DNA from: Paramicrosporidium saccamoebae KSL3 | Lineage: Eukaryota; Fungi; Cryptomycota | Length of the DNA: 32,000 nucleotides | Assembly: GCA_002794465.1 (NCBI GenBank) | Contig: MTSL01000169.1 | Location: 16,546-48,545 of the forward strand | Reading direction: 5' to 3' | In this document: piece by piece, positions 20,799 through 32,000 of the stretch | Position numbering within the stretch: the stretch's first letter is position 1 | How the letters are laid out: each line of letters starts with the position of its first letter | The notes under the pieces: model-generated | What the model was told of the DNA's origin: nothing | What the model saw: the letters and a program-made list of their open reading frames with translations, nothing else | Databases searched by the model: none | Program-made: the position numbers and the translations under genes

Positions 20799-22158
20799 TC
20801 ATTTAGACGGCCGATCAGGGAAACGTGCGCCAAGGCCATAGTGTTTCAGGAAGAAATCGTTCAGCTCGCTATTTAGCTCACAAGGGGTCTGCTTTAAGGC
20901 GTCTCGGTCTACAAAGTACCAGAAATCGTCCCGTCCGCGTCTGAAAAATTTGGGTCTCCATTCAAGATTCCCATCTTCTCGAAGCTTCGTTATGGCCCTC
21001 TGATCATCCTCAACGTGGGTCTTCTCGGCGCTCGCTGCATCAAAATCTTGGGCTTGAAGGGCCACGCTAACTTTTTTCCAGAGACGCCTACTCTCATAAG
21101 GATCTTGCCTCTCTATTGGAGCCACTAATTTGGGAACAATCTGGCATGAGGGCACGTGAAATAATGTCTCGGTTGAGGCACTGGCATTCTGCGGGCTGGA
21201 GATGTAGAGTGTGTCGGTCCATTTACCAGAAAGATCATACAATACCTCGCCGGTTGAGATCCGTTTGATCTTCCCAGATATGGAGTTGTAAGTTCCTGAA
21301 AAGTATCCCTTCACCTTGAATTCAATTTCTGCTACAAGATCGTTCTTTTCGCAGGTTATGCAAGCAACATCGCCAAGCTCCATGAGCATGGTGCCAAACA
21401 TAATACCACGGGCGTACACATTCGGATTGCTGATGACGTACTCTTCTCCAGGGCGGTTCGTAAAGTAAATATGGCTGGTGCCCTGCATTTGAGACATGAC
21501 GCTATTGCCGAGAAACTTTCCCTTTGGCTTAAAATTCCCCATACCCACTATGTAGTTCTCCGGATTCGCATAGAAATAAGCAGAGATTGGTGGATGATGC
21601 GAAACTTGCTCTGCAATATAAAAGCTGGACGAACCATCGTCGCACTTCCAACGACATCTGAAAAACTCTCCTAGAACCGGATTATATGGCTTTTTGACAC
21701 CCTAAGCAATCAATTAGGAGGTGCGTCAAGACAACCTTTGGCCTAATATGCCAGCCAGAAAGAAAATATCGTACAACATCTACAAAGCGTTCAACAGGAT
21801 CGTTTTTCAAAGGGGTTCTTCAAATTAGTAGGCCACAAGGATGTAAATACCTGAGGAGGAGCTGTGGGTGAGACATAAAGTCGGTAATTCTCTCTAGCAT
21901 TGAACGAGGCTCCAGAACAAATGTTGGGAATGTAATCCGGTGCAAATCCATCCCCTTTGTCACTTGGGAAAGCATTCCAAGAATGATGCTCCTTGGCTCT
22001 TCGGCCAGCTCCTCTTGAGTCACATCAGTTTCAAACGAGTTGGGTAGTGATGACTCCATCTCACTCTCCTCTGTCAATGGTGAGCTGATAGCGAGCGTAT
22101 CAAGTTTGGCAGCTGCCGTGCTTACATCATTTCGGTTCGTCATTGACTCTACTGTCAT
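20799..22158 (-). CDS. OSH6: Oxysterol-binding protein-related lipid exchanger, Osh6/Osh7 type; introns 21818-21850, 21702-21735
   Basis: DLHRITFPTFVLEPRSMLERIT; GVKKPYNPVLGEFF; EQVSHHPP signature after splicing. Confidence 0.9.
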
Positions 22159-22390
22159 AATGTTTGTAGCTGCTTTATAACGTCTTGTGAGAAGTCTTCC
22201 GTCGTCGTTAGACCGATGAAGGTTAGCCTCAGAATTAGACTGGAGCTAATTATGCTCCACCGTCTGGTGTTTTAATTGGTCGAAAATTGAAGCAGTCTCA
22301 CATTTTATCCAATAAATTAGAGGCTTAATTAACCCTTTGCCGTAACACTTGTTATCGGTTGGGGGCTCATTACATAGCATAGCTGTTTTA

Positions 22391-23038
22391 TTATTTTCCA
22401 GATAAATTCTGTTCCCTGCTCAAAACCTCGGCAGAAAATTTAATGAGAAAGACTGTGCGAGAAGGATATCCCTCTTGGGGCTGAGTGTGGGCGGATACTT
22501 TGGCAGGAAAATCCATGGCAGTCAGTACAGCCTCGATCATCCCAGCAACAAAAGCGCTGCAGCAAAACTGTGACAGCTCCTTGGGCACAGAAATGTACTT
22601 TGCAGTCACTGGCTTGAGATCAATGATCATGTATTCATCGGCCGCATCGTTGCTTCTCTCTAGTGAGTCCGCAACCTTGCCGAAAACCGACCTGTAGTAA
22701 GTGTTGTGCACATAGTACAAAGCATTTAGTAGGCGATTCTCCCGCCTTGACATTTTCTCAACATGGCAATGCAGCTGATGCAAGGAAAGTCCAACCTGTC
22801 GTCCAATTCCGGCCAGTCTGAGAATTAATTGGTCTCTTAGGCAAAGTTGTACTGTTCCTCCAAGTCCTCGATTCCCCGAGAGCGATTTTGAAAATAACGA
22901 ATTAATTCAGAGTATAGCAAGGCAAAGGCACTGAGGTTAACCTACATTATTTAGATGAATCAAAATTAAAACTTCATTCGTCTTTCCCTTTGTCGGTAGA
23001 GACCGTTCTAATATGCGGCTTGATGTCTTCAGGTCCAT
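22391..23038 (-). CDS. TRS31: TRAPP complex subunit Trs31/TRAPPC5; introns 22942-22972, 22818-22852
   Basis: VNLSAFALLYSELIRY; RRENRLLNAL; CSAFVAGMIEAVL...FPAKVSAH...RTVFLIKF. Confidence 0.92.
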
Positions 23039-23085
23039 TGGAGTTGTCCGACCCCGCCCCAACCCTTGCCTGCTCTGCCCAGTAA

Positions 23086-24128
23086 ATGTGGGCTTCAAGG
23101 AATGTAATGCTCTCAGAGACTATGCCCAGCATTCACGTTCCAGTTTTATTGCGCGAAATTGTTTCAGTTCTTCGGGACAACAATTGCTCTCGCATATTGG
23201 ACGCAACCCTCGGTGGTGGTGGATATTCAAGGGCTGCACTAGGTATTTTTCTGCCGATATTATTACGATTGACTGCAATTGTAGACATCCACTCCAAGAA
23301 TCGTGTGTGGGCGATTGATAGGGACCCATATGCTATTTCCCGAGCATCGATATTCGCCAATATGTACAATGGTCGTTTCCAAGCAGTAAAGTCATCATTT
23401 AAAGAAATCAATGTTGTGTTTGGCAAAGATCAAGCCTTTGATGCCATCATGTTTGATTTAGGCATGTCGAGCGATCAGGTATCAGATGCATCTAAAACTA
23501 ATCTGCACAGATTTCTGATAGTCGTCGCGGATTTTCATTTCGGAGTCCTGGGCCTCTGGACATGCGAATGGACCCAGCGATCGATACGTCTGCAGAGGAA
23601 ATTCTTCACTGGAGCTCTGAACGACAACTGGAAAAAATCTTCTCGGAATATGGGGAGGAGCAGTATTCTGCACGAATAGCGCACGCAATTGTGGAGCACA
23701 GAAAGACTTTGCCGCTGCGAGATACCCTAGAGTTGGCAAATCTTGTACAAAGGGTGGTTCCCATCAAAAACAGCAAAGATGGTAAAGGGTTTATTCACCC
23801 AGCAACCCGTATCTTTCAGGCATTACGGATTGCGGTGAATGATGAGCTTGGCCAAATACGTGATGGCCTATCAAACGCACTTTCAAGATTAGAGCCAGGA
23901 GGAATCCTTTTAGTTGTGTCTTTCCATGCTTTGGAAGACGCTCTGGTAAAGGAATTTGGTAAATTTGGGGCCAAAGGTACAGCTTTCATCAGATCTGTCA
24001 GTTTTTTAGACAATCTACTCGAGGATGTGCTTGGGGCACCCATTACTCCCAAAGCAGATGAGATTGAACAGAATCGGAAAAGTCGCTCGGGCAAGCTGCG
24101 AGTTTTCAGGAAAAATAAAATCACTTAA
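23086..24128 (+). CDS. rsmH: RsmH/MraW (METTL15-like) rRNA m4C methyltransferase; introns 23243-23284, 23479-23510
   Basis: HVPVLLRE, DATLGGGGYS, IDRD, DLGMSSDQ|I...RGFSF...GPLDMRMD, HPATRIFQALRIAVNDEL, VSFHALED, NRKSRSGKLR. Confidence 0.93.
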
Positions 24129-24171
24129 TTTCGTAAATTGGCGGTCAAACAACTCTCCGACCATTGCCTTT

Positions 24172-25305
24172 ATGAATTGGAGCATTTTCTGCAATCTTGA
24201 TGAGGCCGTAGTCGTAGGGGGAGGTGCTCTAAATGGCACCGTGATTTTGAGCCATGATGGAGATAGCGCTTCGACTGGTTTGAATTACTGCATGGGTTAA
24301 TTTATTTAGATTCACCACAAGTGTACTTTCGGCTTATTGGATTGGAAGCATTAAAACTGTTCCAAGTACAGATTGATCGCCATCGGTTGACTATATTAGA
24401 CGGATATTGGTATATCCAATAACAGCAAAGTCTTCCTTGACACAATGTTTACGCTTGAAGAAGCCATGCAGGAGAGCGACTTCATCGAGGATCGAGTATT
24501 AAGAGCCAAGTTTCGCTTCAACCTGCCAAAAAATCTACCGCCTGCCTTGTCTTTCTCTGATCTTGCAACAAGTAGCGTACCAAAGACGAATTTCTGGCTA
24601 GACTCGGCCTCTGGAGTCCACTATACCTTAATTGCGTCCATTGAACCTCTCACCCAAGATCTTCTTCGTATAATGGATGCTGATAAAATGTCTGCTTCAA
24701 AGAGTACAGGTGCATCTATCGATTACTTTACACACATCCCTGTGGACTTTTCTCAAACCGAACATGACCACACCAAATTCCAAACTTCTCTCCGTGTCCG
24801 AGTGGATCCATTTTTAGAACAATCGATGCTTCACCGTGGACCACTTGTCGAGACAAGCACCAAAAAAATTCCTGGAGAATCATTCTTTTCAGAATCAAAA
24901 GCCGTCGCCCTCACCGTCAATATTGACCAATATGTCATAATCATTGGCAATGCATTCCCCATATTACTATCTGTCGAAAATAGCTCGTCGCGAGAGATTG
25001 AAAAACTCGTGCCATGTCTGATATCCAAGGTTTCGTTCGGCGATAAGGCTGCAAATTTCGAATACGTTGCTTGCGCTGGACAGGAAATGGACTTGTCGGT
25101 TGCTCCTGGAGACACGGTGGAAGACGCAATGTATTGGTTCAAAATCTCTCCTGATGTTCGCATCCCTTCATCCTACCATACTTCTCTATTCAAAGTTTCG
25201 TATGAAATTCTGATCAAGGCGTGTCTCTCTGGTGGGCATATTGTCGAGGTAAATTCGGTCCCGTTACTCATACTCTTAGGTGCGCGTTCCCGTGTTCTTA
25301 GTTAG
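24172..25305 (+). CDS. Alpha-arrestin-like protein; introns 24278-24309, 24366-24399
   Basis: Spliced N-domain (LDEAVVVGGGALNGTVIL...VYFRLIGLE) and C-domain (GNAFPILLSVENSS...PSSYHTSLFKVSYEILI). Confidence 0.7.
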
Positions 25306-25404
25306 GGGCGCACAGCTCCAACAACGCCATTGTGACAATCCCAAGCTACACTCGAATGAAGTAGAACTAAATTTCCAACCGTCGTAAATAAAAAGTTGCC
25401 ACGA

Positions 25405-25477
25405 TGGAGAACCTGGGCATCGATCCCAGTACCCCTCGCATGCTAAGCGAGTGCTCTACCATTTGAGCTAGATCCCC
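25405..25477 (-). tRNA. tRNA-Ala (AGC)
   Basis: GGGGATC...GTTCTCC-A with G3:U70, CTCGC-TTAGCAT-GCGAG anticodon arm, and a T5 run at 25390-25394. Confidence 0.97.
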
Positions 25478-25522
25478 GAATATGGGGTGGTTTTCAATTA
25501 TTTTCTTCTAATCTACGCAAAT

Positions 25523-26971
25523 CTATCTACTCCATTTCTTCTTGTTAGTCTCGGCCTTTTCGCCGAATTTCCGATCGTGAAGAGCCATGCTCGCTGTCCG
25601 TTTGGCAGCAGAGACCTCATTCAAAATTTGGACCACCTCTTTTTCTGTAGGGGCGCTCACGTATGGTTCAAGCTTCTTCTGTATGCAATCTTCAATATTC
25701 TTCAGCAGATCCATGTCCAATTCATGTACAAAAGATATTGCGGATCCAATTCGTCCAGCACGAGAAGCACGTCCGATCCGATGTACATAATCATGGGCAT
25801 CCGCTGGAAGATCAAAGTTTACCACAACCTCGACAGACGGGATATCCAGTCCGCGACTTCCCACATCTGTAGTAATAAGCAACTTCATGGCTCCACTCTT
25901 AAACTTATCCAACGAGGCGATCCTGGCTTTTTGGGGCATTTGACCATGAAGGCCGATCACCTCGACTTTTAGCTGGCGGAGCATCCCCACAACAAGCTCA
26001 CAAGTTCTACATTTTCCGACAAATACAATCACCGTGCGACTTAAAAGGGGTCCGCGTAGAAGCTGAACCAGGTGTGAATCCCTCACCTGACTGGGAACCA
26101 GCATAAAGTATTGCTGTGCCGTCTCTACCGTTCCGAATTCTGAATTACCATCAAATTTAAAAGGAATAGCATCCGGACGCTTTAGGCGGTGGAAGGCAGA
26201 AACAGCAGATGTCATGGTTGCGGAGAAAAATAGCCACTGCGTGCGTCTGTTGCCGACATTTTCAAGGATTGTCGGAATTTCAGATTTAATAAAGGAAGAC
26301 TCCGGGGCTACTAGACGATCTGCCTCATCAAAGATGAGATAACGCAGGCGATCCATCTTCAGCTGCCCATTTGACATGAGGTCTGCCAGCCTTCCAGGAG
26401 TGGCTACAATAATGTGGGGCTTTTTTGTCATTTCTATGGACTGCTTCATCATGTCTTAACAATAATAAGGCAACTGTGATGAGAGAGTACCTAACCCCCC
26501 GACTGCTACACAAATGCTGATCTTCATGGCGCTACCTAGAATTTGAAACTGTTCGGCTATCTGAAGCGCTAGCTCTCTAAAATATAGCAAAATTCCTAGA
26601 ACATACCGTGTTGGCGTCAGAACTAGAGCGTAGAATCCATGTGGATCACGAGAAAGGCTATGCAAGATGGGGACGGCAAAAGCAGCAGTTTTGCCAGATC
26701 CCGTTTTAGCAGCTGCCAAAGCGTCCATCCCTTTTAGAACAGCTGGAACACATGCTCTCTGAACAGCGGTGGGATGATGGATACCCAAGCCCTTTAACGC
26801 GCAGGCTAGCCACCTATCGATCCCCAAGGCGTCAAAGGACAATAACTCGTTGTTCTCGATACCGTCAGTTTTCGTGTCAGTTTTGCTGGAATCCTTTGTG
26901 GCACATTCTACAGCGTCGATTTTGTTCTTTTTTGAGGAGGGGGCAAAGAAAACCACCTCACCATGTTCCAT
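25523..26971 (-). CDS. DBP8: DEAD-box RNA helicase Dbp8/DDX49; introns 26577-26606, 26455-26490
   Basis: Q motif, AKTGSGKT, RDPHGFYALVLTPTR|ELALQIAEQF, TPGR, DEAD, SAT, RGLD, HRIGR. Confidence 0.93.
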
Positions 26972-27579
26972 AGGAAACTGACCGGGGACTTTGATTTTGT
27001 GAAATATATTTCAATCATACCGAACTAAAATAAAAGCAATCAGCCTACTGTATTTATGTCGAGTTAGCACCAAGAAATTAAAAAAAGTAGACTCTTGTAT
27101 CTTGAGAGCCCTTAATAGATATTTCTAGCCTATCTCAATCCTTGTGCTATCTAATGCGTTTGCCCGACGATCTAGTATTGGTTTGTATGTTATGAGTGCC
27201 AACAGAATATTTTGTGTACTATTGTAGTAAAGCCTTTAAGAAAAGTGCTTGCCGATGGCTACAAAAATAAAACCGGCATACTGAGCGCTTTACATTTCGA
27301 AGCACAGTAAACTACTAGGTCTCTTGGTACAGCAAGTATAATGTGCAATGTGGGAGATCCGATAGACAGAGTTTTATAACCACGTTAGCCAGTATCAACC
27401 GCCCTTGCGCAATTCTGGCTTGAGCAGTGAATGTGTGCACAAAGAAAAGTTCAAGTATCTCACTGCATGTACACTGCATTATTAAACTGAAACTCTGGTA
27501 GCGAGGATTTATTAACCGATCATGAATTTTTCGAGAGAATGTAAGGCTTTTAACCGATATTTTGTAAAGTGCACTATTG

Positions 27580-27601
27580 AAAAATTGTGCGCACAATTTT
27601 T
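27580..27601. repeat. Perfect 22-bp palindrome
   Basis: AAAAATTGTGC|GCACAATTTTT. Confidence 0.9.
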
Positions 27602-28759
27602 GAAAGGTATTGTCAAAGCCCGACTGAAATGGCATGCTCTTGATCAAAATATTCGAAGCAAAACTGAAGAAATTTTATTACAGAGTATTGTCCTGTATGT
27701 ATTTGGATTGCACTCGGCTTTAAACGATATATGCCTCGTAAGCAGGCTCAAAAAATTTAGCCGTTCATATAACTCCCAGCGCTGACAACTTAATGTGTCT
27801 ATAATCATATAATTTAAACAAGTTACCCTAAAGGACACTGCACGCGTAATTAACAAGAGGTAACGAAGGCATTATAAATTTCGCTCGCGTTAAAGCTATC
27901 TTGCTTGGTAGAGGGCGCCGTGGAAATCCTAAGCAATTTGAGCTAAGGTTGTCAAACAGCCCGCATCACAATTATTGTGTCGTTGAAATTTTCGGAATAA
28001 TCTCCTGGATAATATTCCGTTTCGGTAGTCTGTCGCCATTGCTTGTATAGGCAGCAACATATAGTCCTTATTTCTGATTGGAATTGCCAGATATCAAGAT
28101 CTAGCAAGGCATCTCGAAATAATATTGTATGTCTTCTCTTTTAGCAAGTCCTGTTTGGGTAGAAAGGAACCTATTGCATCACGTGCATAGTGTCCCTATT
28201 GACAAGTGGCTGTCTAATATTTACGCCCTAAGTATTGACAGTAGCAAAGCTGCATATTGTCAGGCTAATATATTCTGCGCACTAGTGATATACGTTAATT
28301 GTGGTGTAGACGGGCAGCCTGCAATTCCACTAGTGTCCTCATGAGTGATAAGGTTGCTAATGAACCTTGGATAGAACGCCCAAGTTTATCAAATCGCTCG
28401 GATATATTTGAATCGTCCTTTTCCATGACTGGTCTACAAGTTCCGGAACAATGTTTTTACACATTGCAAGTATTAGAGCCCGTTGATCATTTGTCTCACT
28501 AGAATATACTTATCATTAGTAAATGAGCAAGTAGAAACGAGGATTATATAGTTATCAACGTCTCATGGCTTATGCGATAGGCCCAAGCATACGATCTTTA
28601 GTCAAGAATTTGATCTGAGATACATAAACTAGAGGTAACGGGCAAAGCAAAGACACAAGGCCTCTGATGAAAGCACCAGTATCAGCTTGCAGCTTCTGGA
28701 TATTCCCGTAATAGTCAATCACTGGTCGACCCCCGCGGTAAAGCAACCCATCGACATTC

Positions 28760-29902
28760 ATGGACGCACCTCAAGAGTCTGGCCCTTCCTTGGCTTCTTT
28801 CGAGACAGTTGTCACACTAGTTACTGAAAGGTCTCTTACGCCCTATACAATTTTTATGACGAGAGAGTGCTGGGCCTACATTCGGTATGCATCGTTAAAT
28901 ATTGACTGTAGGTTATATGTGGAAGAACATGAGCTTTGTTCGATTGGATTTTTCAAGAGTGCTGAAAAGATGCAAACTGCATCTAGTTGTGTAGGAATCA
29001 TCTCCTCTGGCAGTGTAAATTATGCAGCAATTAATAACGTGCATTTAGGGTCCAGACAATCGTAATGACCAAATTACAGACTCAAATTACATTATGTGCA
29101 AAATCAAACCCTCGTTCAAAGACCTCAATATCAAAGGTGGAACAATAATTCCAATATGTTGTGGAGAAAATATGCTCCGGCTTTTGGAGACGGCTTTGCA
29201 AACTGGCCATCCTCGGATTGTAATTATATCTCCAGTTGCCACCAAGTGCCTAAAGCTACGAAATCTGTACTTTGGATATCAACGTGAATTTGAAGTATTC
29301 AAAGCACCCAGAGTGCAAATTCCGTTTGAAGACCACATCTCAAATGGTCGTTTGTTAGTATTCGAGTCAATTAACGAAGAGTTGGTGTCTTTGGCATCAA
29401 GCATGTCTGATTCATGCATTTTTGTAGCTCCACTATGGCTGAACGAAGTGTCACAATTAATGGCCAGCCTTCGTGTCACGACGTGCGAATCTCAATTCTT
29501 TGTTCTAGAGAGAAAACCCCGCAGAAATCAAAGTTCAGTAATGCACATTGATTCTGGAGTCGCATCTAGACAGATTTTAAGCTCATTAATTTCGATCAAC
29601 AGTGTCTCCAATGCACATTACCCTCAATCTACAATCGGCTTACGCACACAAGAAGTATTAAATGGCAAAGCATATTCAGCTGATGCTTTTCTGAAGGTCC
29701 TCACAAAGGTAGAAATTTATAACCACTATATTGTTAGGCACAGTTCCGGTCTATAGAGTTGCAGGAATTTCCCGAGAACAGACTGTCTATCGAAGTCAAT
29801 CGTCTCGACACAAAATTCTTTTTCCATGAGAACATGCTCGAAAGGGTTGAAATCTTGGATCCCGATAGCTGTAGCCAAGTTATAAAAATAATCTCATCCT
29901 GA
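28760..29902 (+). CDS. Hypothetical orphan protein (about 350 aa); introns 28885-28911, 29015-29048, 29709-29737
   Basis: ORFs 28760..29065 and 29094..29756 and an unlisted open stretch to TGA at 29900-29902 join in frame over typical short GT-AG introns. No family recognised. Confidence 0.65.
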
Positions 29903-30079
29903 GATTCCGCATTCGCCTTGTGGCGTCAACACCTTCCCATTGCATATATTAGTTTCGGATGGCATCGGCCTATCGGCATCCTCGCATATGTTAACGCTAC
30001 ATTGCCCAGACCTTCCGTGGCTTCGCTTATCCTTATCAGCCAGCTCCTCCACCGATTCATGATCGAATTGCGTCCTGGG

Positions 30080-30613
30080 ATGGCTAACGATCAGTGGACT
30101 GACGTAGATGCCCAAGAAGATAAGGATATTCCCTCAAACAACCTGACACACCCGTCTTATGAATTAGAGATCCAAAAAGACTGGCTACTTCCTCGAATCG
30201 ATCTCCCATTCACAGAGCCAGATATATACGAACAAGTGCTAGCTCGTACATGGTCTAGTTACATGATGATGCTGTCAGAGGAATTTAGAAAAAATATACC
30301 TGTCAACAATGTCAATTGTTACGAGGAAAAGAATACCATTAATTTGTCAGAAATTTTTCCCCGGGAATCTTCAACTGCGATTGAAACTGATCAGGCTCTG
30401 AAGACTGCCAAAAAGGAAGATGCGAAACAGAATGTGTGTGAACACTGTGGTACAGACAAGACATCCCTGTGGCGTCGTCGGGGCGATCGGATCGTCTGTA
30501 ATGCATGTGCTTTGTATGAAAAGCTGCACGGCGTCCCACGACCTGCACATTTACTAAACCAGGCCATCAGACGACGAAACCGAACTGACTCGTTGCGTCG
30601 AAAACGTCAGTAG
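30080..30613 (+). CDS. GATA zinc-finger transcription factor (start could be 30059 or 30080)
   Basis: CEHC-GTDKTSLWRRRGDRIV-CNACALYEKLHGVPRP followed by a basic tail. Confidence 0.88.
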   Translation: MANDQWTDVDAQEDKDIPSNNLTHPSYELEIQKDWLLPRIDLPFTEPDIYEQVLARTWSSYMMMLSEEFRKNIPVNNVNCYEEKNTINLSEIFPRESSTAIETDQALKTAKKEDAKQNVCEHCGTDKTSLWRRRGDRIVCNACALYEKLHGVPRPAHLLNQAIRRRNRTDSLRRKRQ

Positions 30614-30699
30614 GCCCTTTTACATGTACAGAATAGTAGACAAACCACAATGAATCAAGTAATATATATATACACGCGTCTACTATTAATGGATTATTT

Positions 30700-32000
30700 C
30701 TAAAGAACACCTCCGGCCAGCTGCGAGTAAGCCTCAGCCCGACGCAAAACCTCTGAGATAGTAGGCCTTTTTGAGGGGTCTGGATCGGTCATGTCCTTTA
30801 TCAGCTGATTTAAAGCACTGGAAATGTCATCAAAGCTGAGCTCACTGAAGTCTCCGTGTCGTAGATTCTGCCAAGAAGCTCCTTGGGACGGCAGTTCTAC
30901 ATCTGTGGCCAGTTCCAAGATCAGCAGCCCCAGGCTGAATACATCCGCAGGCCTGTCATACTGGCCTTCCAATGTCTCCGGCGCCATGTAATATTTGTCA
31001 CCTTCCATATCAGGGTCATGTGAAGATCCAATCCTCATGGACAGCCCGAAGTCGCCAATCTTCAAGACGCCTTGTTGGTTAATGAAAATATTTGCCGGCT
31101 TTAAGTCAAGATGAACAATCTCTACCTGATGTATATGGTCTAAGCCAAACGCAATTTGAAGAAGGATTTGCCAAACCTGAAACTCTGTGAACCGGGCATC
31201 GGTCTGAGCCATGTAATCGATGACGTCTCTGAGACTACAAACGTATTAGACAATGACGAGCGGTACCTTCCGTTGTCACATAGTTCCATGAGAATATACA
31301 GATAACCATGCTGTTCCCACGACTCAAAAATTTGAATGCAGTTTGGGTGGCCGGACGAAAGCCACATGTTTTCCACCTCATGAAGCCGACGATACCTGTC
31401 TACGATGCCAGAGAATGGTGACCGACTCCTCTTCAAGGCCAAAATACACCCATCTGATTTTCGCTTCACACGGAATACATCAGAAAACGAGCCTCGGCCC
31501 ATCGCTTCCAAGACTTCAAAAAAATCTTCAAAGTATTCCAATTCGGTCGGAGAATTGTCAAAAGGGCCAGAGCTTGTGGGAATGGACACTGGGGCGGTTC
31601 TATCCCTCCATTCGTCACTAACGAAATATCCCGGAGTAAAGAAAAGCGCCTGCGGGGATTTCCAAGGCAAAGAGGTTAGCTTTGAGGTCGATAAAAAAGA
31701 CGGCTTTGTCTCCTCCACAGATGCTGGGTGTGAATCTACACTAAAGGGATCCTCAAAGTCCGAAAAGCCTATATCCTCGATATTTCCGAAGACATCCTCC
31801 ATTTTACATTCTCTCATATTCTGTACAGGCGAAGATGAACGGGTTTGGTGTCCATGCTGACTGCTGCGTTCATCAAAATCCATATCATTGCCGGCATTGA
31901 AAGATGCAGAGAGTTTGGTGGAATTTCGTACGGCTGAAGACGGTATCTTCCCGCTATATGAGGCAATCTGGTGAGGTGAGAGTGGAAATGGACTTATGTT
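30700..32000 (-). CDS. WEE1: Wee1/Mik1/Myt1-family kinase, 5'-partial; intron 31235-31266
   Basis: GRGSFSDV, ALKRS, ELCDNG|SLRD, HLDLKPANIF, KIGDFG, EGDKYYMAPE. The frame stays open to the window end. Confidence 0.9.

Noticed and set aside
16687-22158. EFR3 and OSH6/7 (both PI4P-related) close together as a functional cluster
   Set aside because: Separated by unrelated genes; lipid and trafficking genes are common enough for chance adjacency.
28178-28185. ATCACGTG matching yeast centromere CDEI
   Set aside because: An 8-mer expected by chance in 1.8 kb; no CDEII/CDEIII follows, and point centromeres are specific to Saccharomycetaceae.
1-32000. Alternative genetic code or stop-codon readthrough
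   Set aside because: All conserved proteins translate correctly in the standard code once the short introns are removed.

Overview
Very gene-dense eukaryotic nuclear DNA. I reconstruct 23 protein-coding genes (the last, Wee1-family, runs off the window end) and 2 tRNA genes (initiator Met-CAT, Ala-AGC). Coding sequences are interrupted by about 29 tiny GT-AG introns (27-42 nt), and intergenic gaps are often under 100 bp. There are many mitochondrial genes (GrpE/Mge1, mt-PheRS, cardiolipin synthase, mS33, RsmH/METTL15-like, probable complex I subunit NDUFB10). This combination suggests an early-diverging fungal relative of microsporidia (Rozellomycota, Paramicrosporidium-like); that is inference, not a search result. 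No transposon, CRISPR or rRNA is visible. The most striking signal is a 78-nt intron in the zinc knuckle of the polyadenylation factor MPE1/RBBP6. It is built from two complete, directly abutting intron units (36+42 nt, AG|GT junction), whose partial splicing would give a DWNN-only truncation or a knuckle-breaking in-frame insertion. Other points: a His-to-Asn change at the methylated His of uL3, an RsmH with a GGYS motif, a CX2CX16CX2C GATA finger, an initiator tRNA with U64, a degenerate 21/22-bp minisatellite, and a roughly 1.8-kb AT-rich gene-free island containing a 22-bp perfect palindrome. All gene models were read by eye, with no RNA or database support.
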